DNA from: Promethearchaeota archaeon
GTDB taxonomy: Archaea; Asgardarchaeota; Lokiarchaeia; Sigyniarchaeales; SOKP01
Length of the DNA stretch: 64,000 nucleotides
Assembly: GCA_048940445.1 (NCBI GenBank)
Contig: JBHLON010000014.1
Coordinates: 14,536-78,535 of the forward strand
Direction: 5' to 3'
Shown here in pieces: positions 47,808-57,777 of the stretch. Each line of letters begins with the position of its first letter. The first letter of the stretch is position 1. The translations under genes were made by a program, and so were the position numbers. The notes under the pieces are model-generated. The model was not told where the DNA came from. It worked only from the letters and a program-made list of their open reading frames with translations, and searched no databases.

Positions 47808-48926
47808 ATGCCAAATCTAAAGTATCAATTATCCAATTTTTTTAAGCATAAATGCGCTGTATGGGAATTCACGTTAAAATGTAATAGTAAATGTATTCAT
47901 TGTGGATCATCAGCTGGAAAATCTCGATTAGATGAACTCAATACAGAGGAAGCTTTAACTTTAATTAAAGAATTAAAGTCCTGTGGATATGATGGAATTG
48001 CCTTAATGGGTGGTGAGCCATTTTTAAGGGAAGATTGGTATGATATTGCCTACGAGATTAAAAAAAAGAAAATGAAATTAACAATTGTTTCTAATGGTTT
48101 AGAGATCAAAAAAGAGATTTCGAAATTAAAAAAATTAAAAACAGATTGTATTTCTTTAAGTTTAGATGGTGCAACTGCGAAAACTCATGATTATTTAAGG
48201 GGAATTAATGGTTCTTATGATAAAGTTTTAAGTTCTATACATTCACTTAAAAAAGAGAATCTTCCTGTTAGTATAATAACTACTGTTAGTAAAATTAATT
48301 TCAAAGAGTTAATACAGATTCGAGATTTACTGCTTAATAAAGGAATTGCTTGGCAAATTCAAATAGCAATACCAATTGGCAGATTTCCAAGAGAATTAGT
48401 AATTTCTCGAAAACAATTTTATGGTATTGCCATGTTCATAGCAATGAGTTGTAAAAAATATTCAGTAAGAGAATTACCATTAATAGGAGCTCATTGTTTT
48501 GGATATTTTTCAATTTTACTACCAGAAGTAGGATTAGAGCCTTGGATTGGTTGTCAAGCGGGTAAATCAGTTTTAGGAATTCAGAGTAATGGAAATATTA
48601 AAGGATGCTTAACTTTATCAGATGAATTTATTAAAGGTAATATTAGAACGAGTAATCTTTCTAACATTATTAATAATAAATATGAATCGGATTACTATTT
48701 GCAGAAATTTGATTCAAATGATTACTGTTATAGATGTAAAATGTTTAAAAAGTGTCATGGAGGTTGTTTAGGGACAAAAATCGCATTAAATTCTCCTCAA
48801 AACCCATATTGTTTAAGAGCAATTGAGGAAGATTTATTCAAAAATGAATCTATCCCATTTAGGTGGAAAATTGATTCAAAAATTTCAAAATATAAATATT
48901 TATATCAAAAAATTTTGTTAAAATAA
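47808..48926 (+). CDS. Radical SAM/SPASM-domain protein
   Basis: CNSKCIHC, GGEP, SLDG, CQAG...G.I.GC, CYRC.....CHGGC. Confidence 0.9.
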   Translation: MPNLKYQLSNFFKHKCAVWEFTLKCNSKCIHCGSSAGKSRLDELNTEEALTLIKELKSCGYDGIALMGGEPFLREDWYDIAYEIKKKKMKLTIVSNGLEIKKEISKLKKLKTDCISLSLDGATAKTHDYLRGINGSYDKVLSSIHSLKKENLPVSIITTVSKINFKELIQIRDLLLNKGIAWQIQIAIPIGRFPRELVISRKQFYGIAMFIAMSCKKYSVRELPLIGAHCFGYFSILLPEVGLEPWIGCQAGKSVLGIQSNGNIKGCLTLSDEFIKGNIRTSNLSNIINNKYESDYYLQKFDSNDYCYRCKMFKKCHGGCLGTKIALNSPQNPYCLRAIEEDLFKNESIPFRWKIDSKISKYKYLYQKILLK

Positions 48927-48958
48927 AAATAAAATAAGGTATTGAGAGGAAAAATATA

Positions 48959-49216
48959 ATGATTAAAGATCTTTTTCAATTTTATACGATTGGAAAGGAA
49001 TTAGGGCTTTCTAGAAAAGAAATTAATAGTATTTTGCTATTTAACAAGCGATATCCACTAATCTTAGTTATAGCGTTAATAGTTATTATTTCAGTTTTTG
49101 CAGTTCTTTTTTGGAATGTAACGCTAATATTATATGCAAAATCGACTGAACCGGTCTATCCTCGGGGAACCCTATATTCAAGTATTAGTATAAAAGATTT
49201 TAGAGATAAAAAATGA
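48959..49216 (+). CDS. Small single-TM protein
   Basis: 85 aa with one TM; follows GAGG; stop overlaps the next start. Confidence 0.6.
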   Translation: MIKDLFQFYTIGKELGLSRKEINSILLFNKRYPLILVIALIVIISVFAVLFWNVTLILYAKSTEPVYPRGTLYSSISIKDFRDKK

Positions 49217-50568
49217 AATTAAATATTGGTTGCGGTAAGAATTTTAAGCCAGATTATTGCAATGTAGATCTATATGATGATATAGTCGCAGATAGGAAAA
49301 TGTCAGCTTTAGATCTTGAGTTTGATGATTATTCTTGCCAAGAAATACAAGCAAACCATTTGATTGAACATTTAGGTTTTTATCAATCAATTTACGCTCT
49401 AAGTGAGTTTTACAGAATTCTAGAATCAGAAGGAAAATTAATTTTAGAGACCCCTGATTTAGAAACGGCTTTTTCTACTTATTTAAAGTCAAGTTATGAA
49501 GAAAAGATAAATACACTAAACTGGGTATATGGACTTCCTCATGAGGGTCTTGAACATAAATTTTGTTTTCCTCCTCCTTTATTACATGAAATATTGGAGA
49601 ACGTTGGATTTAAGAATGTAATCTACACGAATTTTTATAATCAAGAATCAATTCCTACAATCAAATTTATAGCTAATAAACAAGAAGTAGACAAAATTGA
49701 TAGAATCTTCCAAGATTTTTCACATATTCGAAAAAGGATGATCGTTAAGAAGGTTATTGATTTCAAAGATTTATTTGTGGCAAAAGAACAAGAAGATTTG
49801 CTAAATTATTTATTAATAACAGCAATTAGTTTACAGAAACACAATGATCTAAAAAATTTTCTTAATTCTGTTATAAAATCATTAATATACTCTCCTCAAA
49901 TTGTGAAAATCTTCTTAGAAGAAATAAAAAATGCTAAAATATATTCTGATTTAAAGAGAACTCAAATTCTAGAGATAGCTGAACTTCTCCTTAAATCTAA
50001 ATTTCATGAGATTTTATTAGAATCTCTAATGAAGGCTCCTTTAATACCTGGATCTCAAAAAGCTGTTTTCTCTTCGATAGAATCATTTGGAGTAGGTGTG
50101 ATTGATAAATTACTTTCTTCGGGGTCAGAAAAAGAGAAAATGACAGAAAAGTTAAAGGAATTATCTCAAAATTTGAAAAATTACTCAATATCGTCATTTT
50201 CTTCTAACATTATAAGACGGAAATCTCTAGATTTCTTTTATCTTGGTATAAAATGTTTCTATAAACAAGATTATGAAATTGCTTTAAAGGATATGATAAC
50301 AGCTATAAAAATGTATAGAGATAATTTTTTGTACTTCTGGAACCTAGCCAAAGTTTTAGTTAACTTGAATTTAAAAGAAAAAGCAATTCAATATTACAAA
50401 AAGACATTAAGATGTTTAAATCTGACACAAGTTACAAATAAAAAACAAATAAAAATGGATATTAAAGGTGAATTAAATTCATTTAAGAAACAAAAAGTTG
50501 ATTCTTTAAAATTAGAACCTATCTTAACTCTTGAAAAATATGAATTGAATAAGTTAATTCAAAAATGA
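49213..50568 (+). CDS. Class I SAM methyltransferase-like domain plus C-terminal TPR
   Basis: KLNIGCG, NVD, H.IEH, RIL...G.L..ETPD; TPR-like ..AIQYYKK.L. Confidence 0.8.
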   Translation: MKLNIGCGKNFKPDYCNVDLYDDIVADRKMSALDLEFDDYSCQEIQANHLIEHLGFYQSIYALSEFYRILESEGKLILETPDLETAFSTYLKSSYEEKINTLNWVYGLPHEGLEHKFCFPPPLLHEILENVGFKNVIYTNFYNQESIPTIKFIANKQEVDKIDRIFQDFSHIRKRMIVKKVIDFKDLFVAKEQEDLLNYLLITAISLQKHNDLKNFLNSVIKSLIYSPQIVKIFLEEIKNAKIYSDLKRTQILEIAELLLKSKFHEILLESLMKAPLIPGSQKAVFSSIESFGVGVIDKLLSSGSEKEKMTEKLKELSQNLKNYSISSFSSNIIRRKSLDFFYLGIKCFYKQDYEIALKDMITAIKMYRDNFLYFWNLAKVLVNLNLKEKAIQYYKKTLRCLNLTQVTNKKQIKMDIKGELNSFKKQKVDSLKLEPILTLEKYELNKLIQK

Positions 50569-51584
50569 TGAAAATGAAAAGAGAAAAAATAAAACAGATC
50601 ATTTTTTTTAGCCTTACATTAATTTCAATCTTTCTTTTAGTAATTAATTTCATTCCGATTTTTGTTGTAAATGAAGGGATAACTACTCAGTTCTCGGGTA
50701 ATTTATGGTACGATAGAGAGGTATATGTAAATGAAAGCAATCCTGATATGAACTATGAACACTCTTGGGCAGTATTTGTAAGCAATTCTTGCGAAATATA
50801 CACCCACTTTAATCTAGAATTATTACCAAAAGAAACTGAAAAAATATATCTTATCATGTATTATTATGATTTTTTTTATAGTTATCCTCCACCTGTTAAA
50901 GATATTGAATTAAACTTAATCTTAGTGGACTCAAATTGGAATACTTCTGTAATAACTTGGAATAATAAGCCTGAACATGAAGAAATAATTGATACTTTCA
51001 ATGCTTCTGATATTACACAGGATTTTATTATCCAACATTACGATTTTGAAAAATCTATTGATTTAACAGAATTCATTGAAAATAATCATCTAAATGAAAT
51101 TAGCTTTTGTGTAAATGTAACACAAAATAACGTAGGGTTAAATACTAGTGCCTTTTTGGGGGGAATCCAGCTTATCTGGAATTATGAGCAGGTTCTTATT
51201 TCCAATACAACAATTATTACTTCAAGTATAATTTTCTCTATGCTAATCGGAATTTTACTGTATGCCAGAAAAGATATATATTCATGCCAAAGCTGTAAAA
51301 CTAAAAGAAAATTAACTGATAAATTTTGTTCATCATGTAGAAACGAATTTGATAAAGATATGATTGTTAAAGGAGCAGATTATCAATTAACTTTAGCATT
51401 TTTATGGCTATTTGCACTTTTTGAAGGTGGTTTTCTAATTTGGGAATGGTTTATTTATGTAATCACTGGAGGTGTTTTACCTTTATTTTCTATCATCATT
51501 TTTATTAATTGGATAGCAATTGCTTTGGTTCAAATAATATTTAAAATAAAGAAATATAGGAAGATACGGGCTCTCTTAAAATGA
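50565..51584 (+). CDS. Membrane protein with extracellular DNRLRE/CBM96-like domain and zinc ribbon
   Basis: YVNE.NPD.NY, Y.HFNL, W....ITWNNKP; CQSC/CSSC; 4 TM. Confidence 0.65.
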   Translation: MMKMKREKIKQIIFFSLTLISIFLLVINFIPIFVVNEGITTQFSGNLWYDREVYVNESNPDMNYEHSWAVFVSNSCEIYTHFNLELLPKETEKIYLIMYYYDFFYSYPPPVKDIELNLILVDSNWNTSVITWNNKPEHEEIIDTFNASDITQDFIIQHYDFEKSIDLTEFIENNHLNEISFCVNVTQNNVGLNTSAFLGGIQLIWNYEQVLISNTTIITSSIIFSMLIGILLYARKDIYSCQSCKTKRKLTDKFCSSCRNEFDKDMIVKGADYQLTLAFLWLFALFEGGFLIWEWFIYVITGGVLPLFSIIIFINWIAIALVQIIFKIKKYRKIRALLK

Positions 51585-51794
51585 TTTTGAATCGTTAAAA
51601 ACTGTATGAATAATAAACTAAACTTAAAAGCCTGTTTCTACAAAATTTACTAATTTAAAATTATATGGGAGTTCATTAATTTTTCTAAAGAATATTTTTA
51701 GAATTTATAATCCGTATATTTAAATTTTGGTTAAATGCAAATATAAATCGAATAAAAGAAAAAATTTGAGAAGAAAATTAAAGAGGAAATTTAT

Positions 51795-53453
51795 ATGAGT
51801 TCAGAATTATTTACTTTTTTAGTCGGTGGAAAGGCAGGCGAGGGTGTAAAAAAAGCAGGTTCAGTGGCGGCCCACATTTTTTCAGCTATGGGTCGTCATA
51901 TATTCCAAATGGATGATTACATGAGTCTGATTAGAGGTGGTCATAACTTTTCAGTTGTAAGTAGTGATATTGTACCAGTTACAAGTCAATATCTAAAAGC
52001 TCATGTTTCAATAAATTTTGATAAAAGAAGTTATGATAAACACATTAATGACTTAACAGAAGATAGTTTGATTTTATATAATTCAGATGAGATTGAGGAT
52101 GGAAAAGGCATAGGAATTCCTCTTAGTTCAGAAGCTAAAAAATATCCACTAAAGAATTTAATGTTTGGTGTAGGGGCAGTTGCAGCATTATCTGCAACAA
52201 TAGGTTTTGATAAAAAAAAAATGAATCAAATAATTAGAGATGAATATCCAAGAGGCATTGAAGATAACATTGCTTATGCTGATAAATTCTATGATTTAAT
52301 TTCTCCAGAATGCTTTAATAAATTTAAATTACTTAAAGGAGAAAAAAAAAGGCCTATATTATCTGGAAATGAAGCTATTAGTTTAGGTGCCGTCGCAGGA
52401 GGGTTAGATGCATATTATGCATATCCAATGACGCCTGCTTCTTCTATCTTGCATTTTCTAGCTCATCATGCTGAAGATTTTGGTTTAATAGTTGTTCACC
52501 CAGAAAGTGAAATTGGTGTTGTTAATATGGCAATAGGTTCAGCCTTCGCTGGTGCAAAATCAATGGTTGGAACAAGTGGGGGAGGTTTTGCACTTATGGC
52601 AGAAGGAATTTCATTAGCGGGAATAACTGAGACACCTATATTAATAGTATTATCAATGAGGCCTGGTCCAGCAACAGGAGTAGCTACATATACGGAACAA
52701 GGAGATTTAGGATTTGCTCTAAATGTAGGGCACGGAGAATTTTTACGTATTGTAGCGTCTCCAGGAACAATTGAAGAAGCATTTTATTTAACTTCTGAAA
52801 TGCTAGACTTAGTATGGAAATTTCAAACACCGGGCATTCTATTAACTGAAAAGCATCTATCTGAAAGCAGTATGACAGTTGATCTTGAACTTCAGAAGAG
52901 TAAATGGGCAGAACCTAAGATTCATGAAGGTTCAAATTTTTCGAGATATTTAAATACTGAAGATGGTATTTCTCCCTTACTTTTTCCACCTAATAAGGAG
53001 ATAATTAAATATTGTTCTAATGAACATGATGAGAAAGGGATATCAACAGAAGAACCAGAGATTATTGAAAAAATGCATAATAAAAGAAGAAGGAAGATTG
53101 AAAGCCTTAAAAATTATTTAAAACAGATAAATACAGTAAATGTTTATGGTTCGGGGGAGCCATTTATATTTACTTATGGCTCAACAACGATGAGTGTACT
53201 TGAAGCATTGAAATATAACAAAATGGATGCAACAGTGATCCAACCCGTATATTTGAATCCATTACCGGTATGGATTCTAGATAAGTATAAAGATAAGAAA
53301 GCAATTGTAGTCGAAATGAGTTCTTTAGGACAATTCTCACACTTACTACAAGAAAAAGTAGGACTTAAATTTTATTCTGAAATTCAAAAGTATGATGGAC
53401 GTCCATTTGATCCAATTGAATTATCAACTAAGTTTATGGAGGTTTTAAAATAA
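51795..53453 (+). CDS. korA: 2-oxoacid:ferredoxin oxidoreductase alpha (gamma-alpha fusion)
   Basis: GG.AGEGV, S.IRGGHN, YPMTPAS, ESEI, TSGGGF.LM.E, RPGPATG. Confidence 0.93.
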   Translation: MSSELFTFLVGGKAGEGVKKAGSVAAHIFSAMGRHIFQMDDYMSLIRGGHNFSVVSSDIVPVTSQYLKAHVSINFDKRSYDKHINDLTEDSLILYNSDEIEDGKGIGIPLSSEAKKYPLKNLMFGVGAVAALSATIGFDKKKMNQIIRDEYPRGIEDNIAYADKFYDLISPECFNKFKLLKGEKKRPILSGNEAISLGAVAGGLDAYYAYPMTPASSILHFLAHHAEDFGLIVVHPESEIGVVNMAIGSAFAGAKSMVGTSGGGFALMAEGISLAGITETPILIVLSMRPGPATGVATYTEQGDLGFALNVGHGEFLRIVASPGTIEEAFYLTSEMLDLVWKFQTPGILLTEKHLSESSMTVDLELQKSKWAEPKIHEGSNFSRYLNTEDGISPLLFPPNKEIIKYCSNEHDEKGISTEEPEIIEKMHNKRRRKIESLKNYLKQINTVNVYGSGEPFIFTYGSTTMSVLEALKYNKMDATVIQPVYLNPLPVWILDKYKDKKAIVVEMSSLGQFSHLLQEKVGLKFYSEIQKYDGRPFDPIELSTKFMEVLK

Positions 53454-54292
53454 TGGAAAGCTTAAAAACAGATGCTGAAATCACATGGTGCCCTGGTTGC
53501 GGTAATTTTTCGATCCTTACAGCAATTAGGAAAGCTATTTTACAACTTGAAGAAAGAGGATTGAAAAGAGAAAATATATGTATTTCTGCTGGTATTGGGT
53601 GCCATGCAAAAATTTTTGATTATTTAGATTTAAGTGGTTTATATTCATTGCATGGCAGAGATATAGCTACAGTACAAGGAATGAAGTTAGCAAACCCTGA
53701 CCTAAAAGTTATAACTTTTTCAGGAGATGGTAATGCGTTAGGAGAAGGTTTGGCTCATACAATGTTTGCAGCTAAAAGAAACCAGGATATGACATTAATT
53801 TTACACAATAATAGTGTATATGCTCTCACGACTGGTCAGTTTACACCTTTAAGTGAACGTGGTTGGAAGGGTCCATCTACTCCTGATGGAAGCATTGAAA
53901 AACCGTTTAAGGCACTCTCGTTAATGATTCAAGCAGGTGCTACTTTTGTTGCACGCACATTTGCCGGAGAGCTCAATCATTTAACTGAAGTTTTTATACA
54001 AGCTATCGAACATAAAGGATTTGCATTCATTGAAGTTTTACAACCTGCTGTTCCTTATCATGCATGGAAGGAATATCGTGAGAAAGTAGAATTTCTTGAT
54101 AAAGAGCCGGAGAATTTTGAAGAGGCATTAATTACGTCTAATCAGAAACATGCTTATACTATTGGAATATTCTATAAAACTCAAAAACCAGTATTTCATA
54201 AAGAGTTATATGGAGATCATAATCCCATTATGAAGAAAATGGATAAAGCTATGAGATATGATAAAATCTCAAAATTGTTAGATTCAATGTAA
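53453..54292 (+). CDS. korB: 2-oxoacid:ferredoxin oxidoreductase beta
   Basis: WCPGCGNF, GIGC, LHGR, GDG...NN TPP motif, Y.LT.GQ.TP. Confidence 0.93.
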   Translation: MESLKTDAEITWCPGCGNFSILTAIRKAILQLEERGLKRENICISAGIGCHAKIFDYLDLSGLYSLHGRDIATVQGMKLANPDLKVITFSGDGNALGEGLAHTMFAAKRNQDMTLILHNNSVYALTTGQFTPLSERGWKGPSTPDGSIEKPFKALSLMIQAGATFVARTFAGELNHLTEVFIQAIEHKGFAFIEVLQPAVPYHAWKEYREKVEFLDKEPENFEEALITSNQKHAYTIGIFYKTQKPVFHKELYGDHNPIMKKMDKAMRYDKISKLLDSM

Positions 54293-54344
54293 ATAGTTGA
54301 TAATTAGATTTTTTTTATTTTAAATTATTTGAATAAAGTGAGGA

Positions 54345-55664
54345 ATGTTTGTAATGGATAAGCCCCACGTTCTATTAAAAATCCCTGAACCAAATATAGT
54401 AGAGACTTTTAACTATATTTATTCTTACTGGTTAGAATTAACCATGGATGGATCTACTTTAGCACTTCCTCTACCCCATAAATGGATAAAACCGGGCGGA
54501 TTTTTTAATATGCTATTTTATTGGGATTCATATTTCATTTCCCTTGGTTTAGTTGTTCAAGGAAAGTGGGAGTTTGCTATGGGAATCTTAGAAAATTTCC
54601 TTTTTATAAATGAAAATCTAGGTTTTATTCCTAACTATATTGGAAAGAATATATGTTATTCTCGCTCTCAACCTCCCTTTTTGACTTCTTTTATAAAAGA
54701 AATATACAAGTACCGGTTAGATGAAAAGTGGTTAAAATATGCAATTAGGCAAGTGGAAAAAGAATATAATAATTACTGGTTAAAAACTCCACATCTTGAT
54801 TCATCTGGTCTATCAAAATATATTGATCTAGGGGGTATTGGTTGCATTACACATCCTAATACTCCTCACTTTCGAAGTATTGCGGAATCTGGCTGGGATA
54901 ATACTCCTAGGTTTGGTGATGATATCATAAATATCTTACCTATTGATTTAAATTGTATGCTTTATCAATATGAAGTAGATTTAGCCTTGTTTTATAGATT
55001 AGTTGGCGATGATAAAAATGCTAATAAATGGAAAGATAGTTCGAGTCAAAGAAAAGAATTAATTAATTTATATTTTTGGGATAATAAAACTGGTTTTTAT
55101 TGGGATTATGATTTAAAAATTGAAAGTAAAGTAGAAAATCTTCCAAAAACATTAGCATCTTTCTTTCCACTTTGGGCTGGTATAGCAGATTCACAGCAAG
55201 CTAGAAAATTGCTAAATTCATTACCAGTATTTGAGAAGAGTTATGGATTAGTGACTTGTGAACCAGGGTGGAATGATAATTCTCAATGGAATTATCCTGT
55301 GGGATGGGCTCCTCTTCATTGGATCGTTCTTTATGGATTAAGAAGATATGGATTTGATGATGAGGCAAAAAGAATCTCCATGAAATGGTTAAGACTATTG
55401 GCTAATAAATATGATGAAACTAAAGTACTTAGAGAAAAATACAATGTTGTTGATCCTAATGGACCTCTTCCAGGAAGATACGGTCCACAAAGGGGTTTTG
55501 GTTGGACTAATGGAGTTTTTGCAGCGATTTTGGTGAGAATAGTCTTTGGCTTGGAATATGAAATCATTCCAAATAATCCCATATGGACTCCACTGATACC
55601 AAAGGAGTGGCTAAATCATGAAATCTCGATAAGCATTTCAAATTATCCTTTAAAAGATGATTAA
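54345..55664 (+). CDS. Alpha,alpha-trehalase, GH37
   Basis: PGG.F...FYWDSYF, RSQPP, AESGWD, P.DLN, QW.YP.GWAP, EKY, GFGWTNG. Confidence 0.9.
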   Translation: MFVMDKPHVLLKIPEPNIVETFNYIYSYWLELTMDGSTLALPLPHKWIKPGGFFNMLFYWDSYFISLGLVVQGKWEFAMGILENFLFINENLGFIPNYIGKNICYSRSQPPFLTSFIKEIYKYRLDEKWLKYAIRQVEKEYNNYWLKTPHLDSSGLSKYIDLGGIGCITHPNTPHFRSIAESGWDNTPRFGDDIINILPIDLNCMLYQYEVDLALFYRLVGDDKNANKWKDSSSQRKELINLYFWDNKTGFYWDYDLKIESKVENLPKTLASFFPLWAGIADSQQARKLLNSLPVFEKSYGLVTCEPGWNDNSQWNYPVGWAPLHWIVLYGLRRYGFDDEAKRISMKWLRLLANKYDETKVLREKYNVVDPNGPLPGRYGPQRGFGWTNGVFAAILVRIVFGLEYEIIPNNPIWTPLIPKEWLNHEISISISNYPLKDD

Positions 55665-55883
55665 ATAACAATTATCTATTCCTCATACTATAGAGATCTG
55701 TTTAAAATCGACAATAACAGTATTAAAAGAAGATGAATCCGATGTTAGTCTTTAATAAATTAACGCATTTTATCTTAAAATATTTGAATAGATCATTTAA
55801 AAATACTAATTCAATTAGAAATATATAAATCTATGAAATTTATTATATAGAAAAATAACTATTTTAAGAAAGAAAGAATCAAA

Positions 55884-56888
55884 TTGAATGACGATTCTTT
55901 AAAAAACAAGATTGAGACTCTAGAATCGGAATTAGAAAGAAAGCATAAAGAAATTTCAGAACATATAGATAAAATACAAAATCTTGAAGATACCATAATG
56001 GAAATAGAAGCAACAGTCTCTAACTCAGATAAAGAACATAATCCATACTTACAGTTCCGAATAAGAGAAATGGAAAAGAGTTATCGAGAATTAAAAGATA
56101 AAATTAGTTTACTAAAGTTGGAAAACATAAGATTAAAGCAAAATCTTGATGAAGCCAAAAAGAATCCGATATTAATACCTGTTATGGAAGAGAAAACTCA
56201 AGCAGAAAATACAAAAAATACATCAAAATTATCAAAACAGTCTGATGATATTCAAGAGCAAGAAGAAAATATTAAACAAATCCTTATAGTTTGTCCAGAA
56301 TGTGCAAATCGAAAATCATTAAAAGTTCCATTAAAGGTAATAAACCAAAGTGAAAATGTAACAACTATTAGTGTTCCTTCAGGAATAGTTTGTACGCATA
56401 ATTTTCAGGTTTTTGTAGATAAATTTTTTGCCATAAGAGGTTATCAATTAGCAGATTTTGAATTTCCTAGAATAGAATATTATGAAAGTAGCATTGGAAG
56501 TCAGGGTATAAATAATGCTTCTGAAAGGAATTTACCTTCATCCCCACAATTTCAAGAAATAATTAATGTTTTAAGAAAATGTGTAGATAATCGAGAAATA
56601 CTCGGTAGTGCTATCTTTACCATTGAAGGAAGGGTTTTATATACTTCAATTCCTCAAAAAACTTTATTTAATACAATCCGAGAGTTTGAAATTAGAAATG
56701 AGAAACATGTGCATAGTGTTATTAAAATGTTCCTTGAATTAAAGAATCAGCAAAAAGTTTGTTCAGAAAATTTGGAAATACAAGGTATAGAATTTATACT
56801 TGTGTTAGTTTTTTCTAAAAATGTAAATTTTGGCATTGGAAATATGCTTTTGAAAGATGTAGTAAAACAATTAAAGGCACTTAGCTAA
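55884..56888 (+). CDS. Coiled-coil, Zn-ribbon and roadblock-like domain protein
   Basis: N-terminal heptads; CPEC...C.H.F..FVD..F.IRGYQ..DF; ILGSAIFT.EGRVLYTS...N.G. Confidence 0.6.
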   Translation: MNDDSLKNKIETLESELERKHKEISEHIDKIQNLEDTIMEIEATVSNSDKEHNPYLQFRIREMEKSYRELKDKISLLKLENIRLKQNLDEAKKNPILIPVMEEKTQAENTKNTSKLSKQSDDIQEQEENIKQILIVCPECANRKSLKVPLKVINQSENVTTISVPSGIVCTHNFQVFVDKFFAIRGYQLADFEFPRIEYYESSIGSQGINNASERNLPSSPQFQEIINVLRKCVDNREILGSAIFTIEGRVLYTSIPQKTLFNTIREFEIRNEKHVHSVIKMFLELKNQQKVCSENLEIQGIEFILVLVFSKNVNFGIGNMLLKDVVKQLKALS

Positions 56889-56890
56889 AA

Positions 56891-57763
56891 TCATAACAAA
56901 GAAGTTAATAATATTTCATTTTTAATCAAATATGATATAATCTCTTTAAAATCCTGTGAATAATTTTCGGATTTTTTTAAATATTGTAATACCGATTTCC
57001 TATTATCTGAATATTTATTGGATAGTTTAGGATTTCTTGGCACTATTCCTAAAAACAAAGGGAAGAGAAATAGAGCTAATATCTCTAATGAATAAACGTA
57101 GTATTCTTCTAAATATGGTTTTATAGATTGAATTATTTTCTCAATATCAGAATTTGGCTTTTTAACCTTAAAAATAACAAAAACATTATCATATTCTATC
57201 AAATCTAATTTAATATAATAATATTGTATTATTTCTTGATTTCCAATAATCTTCCGGTAGATATCGATCATTTCTGAATTTGATACTTGATTTTCACCAA
57301 TTTTAATTGGACAGGTTTTAAATTTTTCATCGCCCTGTAAAATGAAAATCTCTTTAATATTCTCTATTTCTATGTTTTCAATTAGTTTGTTTAATTCCAG
57401 ATATTCAAGTAAATTATTTGAATAAATCTCCTTCATAGTTTGATTATTTGGATTGTTGATCGCATAAAATAAATTACGCTGCAAAAATAAGTCTAAGTTA
57501 TCAAAAGTCTCATTTTCTTCAAAGATGATGCCTAAAATACCCTCCTTCTTAGTTCTCCGATCTAAATTACCAGTAAAACAAGAAATGCTCCTATACTGCA
57601 TTAATTTAATTTCAAGATGGGATGATGACTTAAATCCTGCATGAGACATATAGAGTTTCGAAATAAAATCTTGAGATAGATTTATAGGACTAGTATAATA
57701 AGAACATTTAATTTCCGGACCTTTTATTTCATCGTGAATCAATAAAAAAATTCCTCTTGGCAT
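56891..57763 (-). CDS. Longin/uDENN-like domain protein
   Basis: N-terminal GIFLLIHDEIKGPEI, matching the hydrophobic strand plus 'D...GP' start of longin/uDENN domains. Confidence 0.5.
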   Translation of the reverse strand: MPRGIFLLIHDEIKGPEIKCSYYTSPINLSQDFISKLYMSHAGFKSSSHLEIKLMQYRSISCFTGNLDRRTKKEGILGIIFEENETFDNLDLFLQRNLFYAINNPNNQTMKEIYSNNLLEYLELNKLIENIEIENIKEIFILQGDEKFKTCPIKIGENQVSNSEMIDIYRKIIGNQEIIQYYYIKLDLIEYDNVFVIFKVKKPNSDIEKIIQSIKPYLEEYYVYSLEILALFLFPLFLGIVPRNPKLSNKYSDNRKSVLQYLKKSENYSQDFKEIISYLIKNEILLTSLL

Positions 57764-57777
57764 TTACTAATTTCCTC

